From assembly GCA_002189035.1 (NCBI GenBank), contig CM007990.1:1860001-1924000 (forward strand): a stretch of DNA of 64,000 nucleotides. Direction: 5' to 3'. How positions within the stretch are numbered: position 1 is the first letter of the stretch; each line of letters starts with the position of its first letter. The notes beneath the pieces were generated by a model. The model did no database searches, was not told the DNA's origin, and was given only the letters and a program-made list of their open reading frames with translations. Source of the stretch: Utricularia gibba (lineage: Eukaryota; Plantae; Magnoliophyta). Of the stretch, positions 25,843 through 40,991 are shown one piece after another. The translations under genes were made by a program, and so were the position numbers.

Positions 25843-26863
25843 TGTGGCAAGCCGTTAAATCCATAGGGAATGATTGTAATTTCCTGAAATTCTTTACATT
25901 TACTGAAAACAAGGGGGTTTTCCTGGGGGTTTAGTTCTAATGCGCATAAAACATAAAATAGTAGCTGAAATAAACAAGTTACAAGAGTAAAGAGGTATAG
26001 AAAATATAAAGCAAAAATGTCTTGGTTGGGTTTTACACCAAGGTCTAGCTCTTGTGTCACTTAAGAAAGACCTTAGGCTTAAATCCAACTTTAAAACAGT
26101 TAAAAACAGGGCAAAGTTATGTGGAAACAGTAAACATGTTTAAACTCAAAAGAAAACATGAAAGGCTTAGATAGGAACATGTTTGTAAGTTGGAATAAAG
26201 TCTACAAGGAATTTCTCGTTCACAACAAGATACAAGAACATAGCAGAAAGCATGAAAACGCAGAAAGTAATAGCAGAAAGTTCGTCAATAGAAACTGAAG
26301 TGCAGAAAATAGAATATAAAATGTTCAGCGGTTTCTCTTAATCATAGATCGCTTGAAATTGAAAGTTTTGGATGGAAAACTGATTTAGAAATGCAGGTAT
26401 GCAGGTCACTGGAGTCATTCGCCGGAGAAACACAGTTCTCCTCACTCCCGCTCCTCTACTATTCTTTTAGTTCTCTCTCCCTTCCACTTTCCTTCTCCCG
26501 TTGAAAAGCAAGGGTAGCTCCATCTTTTTCATGGGCTTCTATAAGGAATATCTCTACTTCATATCTTATCTTGTTAGAAGGTGGCTGCTTTCGGCAAAAA
26601 CCAACTTTTGGACAGCCTTTCTATCACTTTTGCACAATACTAGCTCTTACCTTGTTAAGATTTAAACACACACTAAAGAAAAATATTAGAGTTTTCGGCT
26701 TGATTGTTGCCAATTGAATCTGTTTTCACAATAAACACATTTTAATAAATTAAATACATAAAAGAAGACAATTTAGTTTACTAAACAACATTTAACGCTA
26801 CAAAACATATCTAAAAATACATATAAAAACACAATAAAAATAGTGTTATTAGATCCCCTAACA
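25843..26863 (-). mobile_element. Athila/Tat-like LTR fragment (~1 kb)
   Basis: TG...CA termini (TGTTAGGGG...GCCACAC) and LTR-like composition; no TSD found. Confidence 0.5.
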
Positions 26864-29800
26864 GATTACATTGAGCAATATGAAATCCTTTGTTCCTAAA
26901 TTGCTAGCCTTCACCCCACCTTTTTGGCCGCCAACTTCTCAATGGTTTTTATTAGTGATCCACGTAAGGATCTTAAAGCAGTCGTCCTCCTTGCACAATT
27001 AAAAAGTGAATAAGAGATCCTTCACTTTATGAAGGCTAAGGAAATAAAGATTGATTCACATTGTTCCCATAGAGAATACCATAATAAAACACCAGTGGAT
27101 TTGCAACCCCCTCAATCCTCAAACCCTCGTCTTACACCCATATTGCCACGAACTCATGTTCCCAATGAGATAGTTTGTGAACACCGTGAGAAACACCCAT
27201 GCATCAAGTGCATTGCCCCTTTCTCTAGAGACCACCTCGTGACGAGGAAACCAACATAGAAGAAGAATAGAATTTACTCCCACCTCGTGAAATTTATACC
27301 CTCCACCTAGAGGAAACCATCTCAATGCATGTCATCACTAAAAAAACCACTAATAACTATTTTCATTTATAGGGGTGTTTTAAAAATAGAGATTTTCTTA
27401 TCCTCATCGATAATAGCAGCACTTGCAATTTCCTAGATTCAGTCTTCACCAAATCTCTTGAGCTCATCTCCCAAGCAACCACCCCGATTTTCATTCACAT
27501 AGCAGGTAGTGAAAATCAATTCATCGACCAAGAGTTATTCCCTGATTTTCATTGGATAATGCAAAATTTACCTTTTTATTTCTCTTTCAAGGCATATAAT
27601 TTCAATGGGGAGTAAGATATGGTGCTTGGTGGTAATTAACTTCCTCCTCAATGCCACATCAAAAAAAGTTTCCCCCATATCATATCCCACATCACTTCAA
27701 TCCCGAGTTGGAATCCATTATAGTCAAATTACTCACTTCTGGTTTCATCTGCCCCAACCAAAGCCCATTTTCTACTTTGATTATACCAGTATAGAAAAGG
27801 AATGCTGGTGCACATGTGTGTTTACTATTAGTTCCTCAATTCTTTATCAGTGAAAATCGCTTACTGATTCCCTTGGTCGACAATCTATTTGATGAGTTGT
27901 ATGGTGCCACTTGTTTTTCAAAACTGGATTTACGTTTAGGTTTTTTAAAACAAAATTCACATGCACCCTAATGATGTGTTTGTTTAAAACAAGTTTTTCC
28001 ACACCTTGGATTATGAATTTTTAGTCATGTTATTTGAACTCACTAATGTCCCTTCTATTTTTCAATCCCTTATAAATTTTGTTTTACACCCTATATCCTC
28101 AAGTTCTTATTGATTTTAAAAAGAATTTCATCATGGAAATGGATGCTTGTGATGAGTGTGTCAACATTATACTCTCTTAGCATAATCATCTCATCGCCTA
28201 CTTCTTTTAGCCCCTTGGAAAAAAATATTCTGGATTATGTGTCTATGATTAGCAATTGATAGCTGTAGTCCAAGTAGTTCAAAAGTAATCTCATTTCCTT
28301 ATGGGATGCTCCTTTATCATCCAAACATATCACTATAGCTTGAAATTTCTGAAGAAGTAGTGAGACTATTTCAACAAAAATGGATGTTAAAACTCATGGT
28401 CATCACCCCTGCATGGATGACCGACATCATTTTTAGTTACATGTCAAACCCGTTTTTCTCCCTATACTCCAAGCAAAAGCTATAACTCCAAACTTTTACC
28501 TGGATTTCAGCCTTGATCAACATCTCCTTTGTTATAAAAATCACCTTTCTATTGGTTTTTTTGATATAAGAGGAACTCTCTTCCTCCGACTCCATGCCTC
28601 CTTTGTCGGTTGCCACTCTAAATTACACCCACCTACCAACACATTAAATCTCTATTCTATTGGCCCAATATGAAATCATATATTTGTTCCTAGATTACCT
28701 CTTGTGACATTTGCAATAAAATTCATTTTGATTGCTCCATATCACCTGGTCTTCTCAAACCCCTCCCGATCCATGCACGCCAATAGGACAATATTAGTAT
28801 AGATTTATTGATGGTGCCCCTCTCACCTCCCCCAAAAACTCCATCCTAGTCATTGTGGACAAGATTTGCAAAGTATGCTCAATTTTGTCCACTCACTAAC
28901 CTCTACTCGCACCCCACTGTTGCCCTTGTTTTCATATCAAACATCTATAGGCTCGATGGTCTCCCTTATAGTAGTATTTCGGATTGGGATTCCATTTTTA
29001 CCAATGGGTTTTTGGATGAGCGATTTACTTCCATCGACATCCAGCTTCAACTCTCCATAGGCTATCACCTATAGACAAATGGTCAAATTGAAAGAGTAAA
29101 CCAATGCTTGGAAACTTAACTCCATGGATTGTGTTTTGATCATCCCCATAAACGGAGTTTTTGGCTTCCACTTGCTGAATTTTAGTATAATACATCCTAC
29201 CATTCCAGTCTCAAAATGTCTCCTTTTGAAGTCTTCTATGGATACCCTCCTTTCCACGTGTCTCCTAGCCCTCAAATCTCCCTCTCATTCTCTCACCACT
29301 TCCTTCCTCTTCGATCAACAACCTCTCCTTTTTACTCTCCACCACAATCTCCTACTTGGATAGAAACGTATGAAACATTTCATTGATAAACACAGAGTTG
29401 AACGCACCTTTGAAATTTCGCCCCTTTCTTCGCACAACTCTTGCCCTACACAAGAACCTAAAACTCACGGCACGTTATTTCGATCCTTATGTTATACTCT
29501 AAAAAGTTGGTCTAGTTGCCTACAAATTGGATTACTCTTGCAAGTTGCACCTATTATCCCATGTCTCCCTCCTCAAAAAAAAAAAAAAAAAACAAAACAT
29601 TAGGAAACAATTTTGCTCTTCCTCCCAACTTCCATATCTTCTCCCCAATGGTACCCTTGAACCACAGCCCCACCAAGTCTTGGGTCGTCACTTCATCTTG
29701 CATCTAAATTCCTCTTTCATACAATGCCTCATCTTGTGGAAAGATACCCATTCATCTATGACTTGGAAAGTCAATTTCCTCAATTTGACCCTTGGGAATC

Positions 29801-30050
29801 TTGATTCTCTCATGGGGTTAGTGATGTCATGACCCCACCTGTTCACCCTTCTCTTAAGATCAATCCAATGTATCCAATCAAGATGTATTCAAGAATAAAA
29901 CCAAAGAAGGTTAGGACCTAAAGAAGGTGTATTCACCCTTCTCTCAGGAGGTATGTTTATATCTCGTATTATGAAATTAATGACATCAATTACTTTTTTT
30001 GCTCCCCCCTTATCTCTTTATTCCTTCCTATAATCTCATATCTTCACATA
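26864..30050 (+). mobile_element. Highly degenerate Ty3/gypsy chromovirus-like element with 3' LTR starting at 29825
   Basis: Remnants in gypsy order: knuckle CIKCIAPFSRDH; protease LIDNSSTCNF; RT DNLFDELYGATCFSKLDLRLG; integrase ISDWDSIFTNGF, NGQIERVNQCLE; chromodomain-like QPHQVLGRH...QCLILWKD...MTW; G-rich PPT before TGTCATGA. Confidence 0.8.
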
Positions 30051-30584
30051 AGTAAGAAAATGGGTAAAACCATTATGTCCATGAATTATAATATTCTGAT
30101 ATTGAAATAATATGAATCAATTAATTCAAAATTAATTTTTTCCAACTTATCAAAGTACTAAACATGTCATTTATTTAAATAGTGAAGATTAAGCACCCCA
30201 TTTTGAGCTTCGTTAACTATGACATCAAAACCACTCATTAATACCATTATGCATTCTCCAACACGAGGATGCAAGTGATCTTTTTAAAGCATCCACAACA
30301 GGATAACAGGGAAACTGATGAGTTTGGGGACAGGTCCATGGTTGCCTCAGTATGTGCGCCTCCCCTCTTGATGATGCAAGCGTTTCAAGTGCCAAGAACC
30401 TGGGACACGGAATTTGGGCTTAAAAGCGGCTACAAATACCAATATGGATGCATCCAAAGAAATGAAAAGCAATAGTCGATACCATTAACTGAAAACATGT
30501 ATCTTCCAGGCTACCATCATGGATACACAAAGAGCACTGATAAGAAGTCCAATCACAAGTAAAGATCGCGGATATTCATACCCA

Positions 30585-32329
30585 TTAAGCAGCTTTATCA
30601 TTAATCTCCTCAGGTGGAGCGTCATCTGTGGTTGCTGCTTCAGCCTCTCCAGCCTTTGCATCCTCCAATGGAGGCTGGACTTGCTCGTCTTCAGGCAATG
30701 GCTCCTCCACATAGTCATTGTCAAATGCATCTTGTGGGACGTCATATATTCTAACCTGAGGCTTAGATGGATCCTTGACCAATACATACTTGCCCTCCTT
30801 CAGCTTCATGCATAAATCAACAATACTTTTCAATATACCCCACATGTTTGAAGTGTTCAGGTTTATTTGAACGGCAAAATCTCTGGGCTTGTATCCCACA
30901 ACTGCAAGTATTACATGGTTGAAATGATCCCTAGGGTGAACCCTCGATACATGTCCCAACTTCATCATATCTGCGCCAGCTAAGATAGCTTGGGCAGTCC
31001 ATTTTGCCAACTTATTCCCATTGTTTCTCAACTCATTTGCCAATACAGCACCTCTCTGTGTCTCAAGCTTTTGCCTCCAGTCTACCCCAGAATACTTCGG
31101 ATCAAACTCATTCAAGGCATTCAGGGTCAAAAACGACCTCTGATTGTTTGTATCCACCACACTCTGAACCTCACAACGCGATACCAGATACATATCATCA
31201 CTCAGTTTCCATCTCCTATATCTGTATGCAACGGATGCAACTTCTTCTCCTTCATTAGCAAACGGGTTGGGCTCCTCAAAGGCAACCTTTTTCCCATCCC
31301 TGATTAAAACCTGTTGTGAAAAGTTCTGATTGATATATGCAGCTTCCACACTCAGGGAATGTATGGAGTTGATATCCTCTTTTGTATCAGGCAACGGTTC
31401 CTGTGAAGTCTCGTGCACAGAGAGCAAATCCAACTGCGAACCATCTCTCTTATCGAAGAACAAATTATTCCCTACACGCTGAATAACAATATCCCACGAG
31501 TAAACGGATCTCGGGGCACACATCAGCGTTGACAAAATGCTATCCGTGGCAAAGACGGTGGCTTTATCTTCATTTGCCAGGCGCCTTATCACAGGATCAT
31601 CTGTGGTCGTGACTTTGAAGAAGTTCCGGCTCTTGAATCGCTCTAATGGACGGCAATTCTTAGGGGTTATCCGATCATAAGACCTGTCATAATACTCAAG
31701 CCCACCACAGATCAGCAAATCCTCGGGCTCTGGCACTGAAAAGGATAACTTCGAAAAAGTGGAGAATGGAATCTGATCAATCATATTCCACTCCGGCTGA
31801 ATATCGACGGATGACTTGAAAACCGCTGATTCGCGCCGCTGGGGCATCTGAGACCGGTTCAGATGATACAGCCTATCACGGCGCGCGCGCTCTTTCTCAG
31901 CTTCACGCTTCCGTGCCTCCACCTCCTCGTCACGACGCTGGGGAAGCTGAGAACGGGCATTTTGGGCATTAAATCTCCACCTGGGATTAAACTTGGGACG
32001 ATTAGGGTTGTGGTGATGAGATTTGGCGGAAGTGTCGACAAGTCGGAAAGAGGAGTCCTCGTCGGCGGCAAGGGTAGCAAAGGAGTCATCCCCTGAGAAG
32101 TCAAAGGCCGAATCCGCCGCATGATAGCCACCCTGCCGACTGCCTGGTCTGGCAGCGTTGGGGGATTTCGCGTCCAGTCCGCTATCCGCCCCAGCTTCTC
32201 GGAACGGGAGAAGGGAGCGAAAGGGACATTGGATGGGTGATTCGCAACGGCGAGCGCCGCGGCTCCAGACTCCGGCGGACCCCAGCTCTCTGGGTTGTGA
32301 GGCACACCACCGATCTCAAAGCCAACCAT
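30585..32329 (-). CDS. eIF3d: Eukaryotic translation initiation factor 3 subunit D, intronless, with an apparent 1-nt frameshift at 32160-32164
   Basis: N-terminus MVGFEIGGVPHNPESWGPP...VPFAPFSRSEKLGRIADWTRN. After a +1 nt correction: DSAFDFSGDD...SSFRLVD...QLPQRRDEEVEARKR...FKSSVDIQPEW...DWRQKLETQRGAVLA...YVLVKDPSKPQVRIY; 581 aa when corrected. Confidence 0.93.
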
Positions 32330-32378
32330 CGTCTCCGTTGTCAGTGGTGACGATGGGCGTGCCGTATGGACAAAATAC

Positions 32379-32421
32379 AAACCCTAGATATATTAGCCCA
32401 GTCTCAGTCCATGTTTGGGCC
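32379..32421. promoter_or_regulatory. Telo-box plus site II elements upstream of eIF3d
   Basis: AAACCCTAG 32379-32387, AGCCCA 32395-32400, TGGGCC 32416-32421; this combination is typical of plant translation-machinery promoters. Confidence 0.65.
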
Positions 32422-34508
32422 GATGAAGAAGTAAATAGTATCATATAAATTTTTATTTGTAGAATAGTATTATTTAATAAATATTAGTTAAATAACTATA
32501 TTCTTTATTAAACAATTTTATTTTTTGTCTATCTTATATAAGTTCCTATTTTATATAATAAAAATAACTAATTTTTATTTAAACATATATATATCAAATT
32601 CAATTGAAAATATGATTAAATAAAATATTAATGAATCATATGTACTTCATAGCATTAAAAATATAAAATTGAGCAGTGTAGCAGAATCCAAATTCCAATG
32701 CCTTTTACTGTGAGATTCATTAAAATTCTTTTTTTTTTAATTTATCTGTGCATTATACTTAAACATCACTCATAAGTTATTAATGTATCATAATAATACA
32801 TTGGAAATAAAAATATTCTAACTTCTACCATATTATCTTGAATGTCAATATCTATTTTTGGAAAATGCTCAGGAATACACTTCCTATTCTAGATATCATT
32901 TTTCAAGATGAGGTAGAATATAGTATATGGTAGTGATGACGATCCTTCCATTAATATTATATAGTTGAATGAATGCTTATAGTCTACAAAAAAATGGGGT
33001 ATGCCTGCCGTATGATATGGGGTAAGCATGCCTATAGGATATGATATGTGTAGCATATGATCAATCCGACATTAGAGGTAGCCTCGATGCATATAAAAAA
33101 ATATCATGCATTTTGGAAAACTATTATATCTAGAGGTGTGATTAGATTGAACCAAAACCATAGTTCAAATTGAAATTATGTATGGATTTCAACTAGAAAT
33201 TTTAATTTTTTTGTATGATTCTAATACTGAAATAGAAATCATGTGGTTGTGGGCTAGTTATGTAATTTGAAAAAACATAAAATCGAAATTCTGGTGCAAT
33301 TTCAACCTACTAAATCATCTTGGGAAGCAATTTTTTAAAAAAAAAATAAAAAAACTAAGTGTTGGCTAGCATTAAAAAAATAAAAACATCAACTACCCAT
33401 TAACAACAACTAGTTGTTCAAATAATTAAAAGATTATTTTTAAAATTCATTTGTAAATATCTTATATATCTCCAATAATTTACTCTCAACCCTCAAACAT
33501 TTTCTTAATTCTTCCATACACTCTTCTATTCTAGATACATTAATTTTCTTATTCTGACATTCATTTTTAATATATCAAATTTTTTATTTCAACTTCGAAT
33601 AGAGATTTTTTATCCAAAAGTATAATTAGAATATGATTTTTATGACTACAGTGATAATTGAACGGTAACTTATTTTCATTACAAAATGAAATCATGTGGT
33701 TTCAAAAGTTCTTTACAACCTTCTCAAACGAATTCTACGATTCCTTCTCTCTTTTTTTTTTTTTTTGAAAATGAACAAGATTTAACTTCTGAGAATCAAC
33801 TTATTTTTAACAAGATTGAACAACATTTTCGAGTATTTTACCTCATTAAATATCAAAAAATAATACTGATGACTTTTTCGAAATATGAGATCATTTTTAT
33901 GTCTCCCGTTCTCAGAAACTTACTTTGAAATATTATTGCAAAGAATATACTTATAAAAAAGGTTGGGGTATCAATACCTACCAAATATATCATAATAAAA
34001 AATATAATGATAAATATCTGAATCTCGAATAAAAAAATTATATTTTGAGGGGGGAAGGGGGGAGGCTAATACTTTCGGATTATCAAATTTGGTTTTTTAT
34101 TATAAAATTTTTCAAATTATTATAATGTATTAATTAATATTTAATGAATAATTAGTAGTTTGAAGATGTTATGAAAGAACATAAGACATAGATGTGCTTA
34201 AAGAAAAAGAAATTGTTTGTTGTAAAATAGAACCATAACTATCATCATGAAAGAATTTGTTGCTCAATCTGAGAGTCTTTTTGCAATTGTACAACTAAGA
34301 AGTTGGTAGTTGTGAGATACGCAAAAACATTGTGTTTCAGGTTGCCATTGCACTGTACCTTTGAGATAAATTCTCGGTTGCTAATGGCCGACGCGGTGTC
34401 CGCGTGTCCTTTAGCAGCATATGGGACACCCCATTGTTGACCTCTGCACTCCTTCTATGCCTTAAAGTTGGTGTGCACCGAAGGAAGTATTGCCGGCCGC
34501 GGATTCTG

Positions 34509-35635
34509 ATGAGTTCCTATCTCGTACTGAGTTTTCTCGTTTCTCTAATTCATGTCCTGAAAGCCTCTGCCACCGCCGGAGTGACCCAGACGCCGTCTCC
34601 GTCCCAGACTACTCCGCTGGCTTTCGCAGATGAACGCCTGGCCGTGGTTTATCCTGTCATCCAGAGGTTCAAAGGTCTCATCACGTCAGATCCATTCGAT
34701 GTAACTGCTTCGTGGACTGGACCAGATATTTGCACATATAAAGGCTTTTACTGTGATACCCCGCCGGATAACGCCTCCGCCATCGCTGTTGCCTCCGTCG
34801 ACTTCAATGGATTCATGTTATCAGCCCCCACTCTTGCCGGATTCCTCGACAAGCTCCCAGATATTGCAATTTTCCATGCCAATTCCAACGATTTCTCCGG
34901 ATCGATTCCCCGGGAACGGCCGACCTCCAGTATTTATACGAATTAGACCTCAGCAACAACCGCCTTTCAGGAGTTATCCCTGCCGGAATCAGAGACCTCT
35001 CTCTATTAGATTTACGGTTCAACCTTTTCTCCGGCGCAGTCCCGCCGGAGATCTACGCAGGCAACCTAGATTTCCTCTTCATAAACAACAATAAGTTCAC
35101 CACAAAACTCCCAGATCTGTCAACCACCTCACATCTCCAATACCTCACCCTAGCCAATAACCAACTTTTCGGACCCATCCCGCCTACGATAAACTCCTTG
35201 TTCCCCGGCGTGTCGGAAATCTTGCTACTGAACAATTCTCTAAGCGGCTGCATCCCGTATCAATTAGGGCTCCTGAAAGAGGTGACGATTTTCGACGCCG
35301 GGAACAACGAGTTAACGGGGCCGTTGCCGCTATCACTGTCATGCCTTGAAAATCTCGAGATTCTGAATCTCGCCGGGAACAACCTATACGGAGTGGTGCC
35401 GGAGGTTCTGTGCTTGCTCGGTAAGTTGAACCATTTGTCGCTTTCGGATAACTATTTCAGTGTTGCTGGAAGCGCGTGCATGAGTCTGCTGAAGCGCGGG
35501 GTGATCGATTTGAAAGGCAACTGTATCCCGGGGCTTCCGTTTCAGCGGCCGCTGCTGGAGTGCGTCGCCTTCTTAGGCGGCGCTTTGCGTTGTCCGCTCC
35601 AAAACTCCTTCGGGAAGATCCCCTGCCTCTTCTAG
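34509..35635 (+). CDS. Secreted leucine-rich-repeat protein (LRR-extensin-like N-terminus, At4g06744-like), with an apparent 1-nt frameshift at ~34908-34916
   Basis: Signal-peptide-like [21 protein letters not shown]; [34 protein letters not shown]; then in the shifted frame [69 protein letters not shown]; 375 aa when corrected. Confidence 0.88.
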
Positions 35636-36599
35636 AATCCTCACCCGTAACGGAAGCGCAAGATCCACTGAATAAATCCGAATGTTACTTCAAACCAAGA
35701 TCACCAGTGAAGTCATCGTTCTAGAATAGGATCATACAAATCGAAACCCCCCCCACACCTCTTGAGCCTCAAGCTTAGAAGGAACTGAACCCGTCCCGGC
35801 CCGACCGGTGACAATTGTTTGGTCGACCCAGTTCGATTATAACATCGACCCGCTACCAGCTTGTTTGCTTTATCGAATGACGAAACACTACTTCTACTCG
35901 CAGTTTCACTTTTGATCCAATTAAGATTTATGTTTTTTGTGATTATAGATAATGCTTAGGTTATAAATCGATTTAATCTAATGCATTTCTTTTTTTTTAT
36001 CAGAATTTAAATTAATACGAAACTCATTTTGATCACACAAGTTGTGTCGCAAAACAAACTATCTAATATTATGTTAAAATTAAAAATATAATGAATTGAA
36101 TTAATACATACCTCAAATTCATGTATATAATAAATATGAATTATATTAAAAAAAATTATATACAATCAATTTATAACAGTGTGTAATTTTTTACATACTT
36201 AATTATTTTATTTTCAATCTAAATATAGTATTAATTGTTTTAATATGGTGAGGCAGTCACCACCCCTTCCTAAACTCCATTCCCATGAACCTGCAACCTT
36301 TGAGTTACATAAATCAATTAATACAAAGCAGCATTACGGAGTGAGACCCCATTGTGCAATTTCGATAAGCAGAGGGTGTAGGGGGAAATCTATGAATATA
36401 ATGAATGCATGACAGACTCAACTCCCCCCTTTCTTCTTCTTGGGCAAGTGCAACACATCCTGGTGACCCAACTTTTCAAACAACTACCCCATTTTCTTTT
36501 TTTCTTTTTCTTTTTAAAGCACAAAAAGTAATTCCAAATTCCTGCGGCCGTTGACTCTTTTTCCCCCATTATCCGCCGGCCCTTCCACGAACAAAAAAC

Positions 36600-37722
<1,123 letters not shown>

Positions 37723-38467
37723 CAGCAATTTGTGATTTCATTCGCGAGCCAACAAAAAACAAAGACTTGTGAGCACAGATTTGACAAAAGGAGGAAAGAG
37801 TTCAAAATATGAAAGAGAGAATAAGAAAAGAGAGTCAAAGCTATTCTTCAACTTTTCCCATAGCCCCCTCAACTTCTACCCAGTTCTTCAGATCGTCCTC
37901 CATTTCTATAATATTATTTTTTTACCCCAACCAAACCAACTCACAAGTATTAATTAATTCACATCATCGCCAGCCTTTTATTACTTTTTTAGTGGCATGC
38001 AATAAAACTTTAATTCGAAAGCTACAGAAAATGTTGTCACTCAATCAACTCCTCCATTCTTCATTAATCCTCGAAAAATTAAAAGAAAATAAATATAAAA
38101 ACTAATCAATTAAAAAAATTGGCATGGGCTCGCGCAGTACGAGTTTGAAGACAAATATGTTTGTAATAAAGAAAAAGCTGGTGACTGAAAAACAATAAAA
38201 TAAAATATTTGGTTGCGTACAAAGTTGTAGTAATCTGAGAGCCAGTGTTAATCATTGTCCATCAATCATGATTTCCATTCTATGAATTTGGGCGACTCTT
38301 ACAATAAATAAATAAATTGTAAAAAAAACTATTTTTTTTCTGTTTTTGATTACATCCAACACGACGTCCTTGGAAGTGCTTGCACGTAAATAATCTTGTT
38401 GCATTTAGCAGGAGACAAAATTGGTTGAATGAAGGGGGCGAAAGTGAGATGGGTAGAATTTGTGGGG

Positions 38468-38645
38468 TTGACCAATGGGAGAGTGCCGCGTGGAGATAGG
38501 GTCTTGAATGATGAGGAGATAGGGGAAGACTAGTAATAGGGGCTGCATCCCTTTGACCGACTGGAGACTTTTAAGAGCGTGGGGACGCGTGGGATAATTC
38601 ACATTCATGAGTGAGTGGAGCGGGTGGGTGAGTCAGAAAAGTCAA
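38468..38645. promoter_or_regulatory. Cluster of three W-boxes upstream of the WRKY gene
   Basis: TTGACC 38468-38473, TTGACC 38553-38558, AGTCAA (TTGACT reversed) 38640-38645. Confidence 0.45.
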
Positions 38646-40561
38646 CACACCAGTCATGAGCCAGCCGTTGGATTAGATCCAAGGGCACAATGGGGATTCC
38701 CTTCCTTTCCTTTCCTTTCCTTTCCTTTCCTTTTTTAAACGAAAATATTATTTCACAATTATAACGTTAGATAATTTGTTTTTCTAAGCGTGCGTTTGAT
38801 GTGAGGATGGAATAATGTGTGGTTAGTGGTTTATGGATTAGGATATAACGTCATTTTCTTCTAATTTATTTGATTGGTAAATATTATTATATACATTATG
38901 ACTGAAACCATATATTATTAATTCTTATCCAAGAGCAATATGGTAAGAAAGGATGGAGCAACAATATTAGACTTTTGTACAAGGGCTACTTAGGAAAAAC
39001 CATGTTCCATCATTTGAATATCATAATTTCAACACAAAAAATGAAATGGGACATTGTTATGGTGTATTACAAATCTGGGCATCTTTGATGAAATGTGTAT
39101 GTAAAAAAAAATTAATTTTCACTTCTGCATTAGCGTATGAAAGAAAATGGAATAATGCCTACTTTTTCAAATGACCGGACCTTGTCTTCATCGATCATTA
39201 CTATTTATGAAAATTATAATTTAAAAATTTGGGTAAAATTAATATCCACTTAACTATGCTTAATTTTTTAATAATGTGGACTTATTATACCTAATGTTTA
39301 AATAGTAGAAGACTAGAAATATCTAAAATATCAAATTTTCGGAATTAATTACGATACGTGGAGTAGTTTGAACCTATTTTGTTATTGGGGACGAAACATA
39401 ATAAATGACTTTGTATTCCTTTAAATATTAACACTTCTAGAACGTCTTTTTTTCTTACTTTTTTTTATTTTTATATTTTTTTAAAGAGAAATTACATTTT
39501 ATGATTTTTTAAGATAATTTTGATCCAAATTGAAAAAGAAAAACATAGAAGCTCAACCATTTCTATACTTGAGAGTGCATGAGTTCAGGTTTAATTGGAG
39601 CTCAAATTAACATAGAATCTGGAAATGTGTTCCAAGATTTTCATTCCACATAAAGATTTGTAATAAAAAATGGAAAGAATCTTCAAAGATTTAGGAGAAG
39701 AGTTGATTCAGTCTCAAAAAGCAAAGTCCAATAAAAGATTCGAATTTCCCTCTATAGTAAAACCATGGTTGTAAAAGTACATACCTATCATCCTTATGCA
39801 TTTAATTTAGAGTTAATTATTGTCTTATGCTAAATAGTACTCGAGGAGAATGAATCACTAAAAAATCATTATGAAAGCACATTTAATGTAACTTGTTTTT
39901 ATAAAAAATTATGTTATGATGGTTATTGAATATTACTATTTTAAAATAATATTCCAAAACTTATGCAACACAATTCAGTACTCGATATTTATGCACACAA
40001 ACGAACACTAGTGGAATCAAGATTCATGTACTTACACTATTTTTTTTTTCTTTTCCTTGTCTTTTTCATCATTTCTTGTTTAGAGGATGGCTTATATGTA
40101 CTTGTAAAATAACAATGAAAACAAGCTAAAAAAGAATTCACCTTGTTCAAAATCCATATTGGTCATTTCCATATGTCTTTAAAATCTAGATCTATGTTTT
40201 TAAACCCATATTACAAACCGTACCAATGCGGGACCAGTTCGGTTTGAACCAATTAAAAAGAAGATAATAACTTTAAACATAATTGAAATATAATAATAAT
40301 GACTATTTAGATATCATATTTCACAAACACAGGAAAATACTTATCCCCGGCAACTTGTTAAAAACCGGTCAACCGACGGGTTTGAAAACACAGATCTAAA
40401 GTAAGAGAAGCGTGAAGGGGATGAAGAATTTGGCGTTGAAAGATAGAAAGGGATAAAATGGACATATGGTGTATCTCGTACATGATGGATTTGACGTCCT
40501 GTTTTACAAGCTCCTCCAAATCTTGTGCTCATAATCGAACATTACTTATTATAATTTTATT

Positions 40562-40790
40562 AGTGTTTTGAAATATTTTTAAAACTTATTTCTATTTTTC
40601 AGAAATAAAAATAATTTTATTATAGAATAATTTTAATTATATAAGTAATTATATCAAAAACACTTTTAAAATTATATTACAAAATTTATTTTGAAAAAGT
40701 AATTAGTTGTTTAATTTTATTTTTTATTTCTATTTTTTAAAAGTAATTTTAAAAAATAAAAATAGGTTTCAAAAATTTTCAAGAACAATG
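40562..40790. mobile_element. Small AT-rich MITE-like inverted repeat
   Basis: gtgttttgaaatatttttaaaacttatttctattttt pairs imperfectly with aaaaataaaaataggtttcaaaaattttcaagaac; no TSD confirmed. Confidence 0.4.
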
Positions 40791-40991
40791 CTTTATTCAT
40801 CTGTCTGTCTCTATTCAAACATATTATGAAGTGTTTGGAGTTTGGACTGATGGAAACTTGGGGTAAAATTGGGCTTCCGTCCACTGCCTCTATGCTGGGC
40901 TGCTGGCTGCTTCCCTTGATCTAGTGCGTGCTGACTAACTTGCTGGTGCGACTGGTACAAGGAAATTTAGGAATTCTCTGGTAGTGGAAAA

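Noticed and set aside
27684-27696. ATCCCACATCAC, close to an snRNA USE
   Set aside because: Lies inside the decayed gypsy RT at the PYRYPH-like motif; no snRNA body follows.
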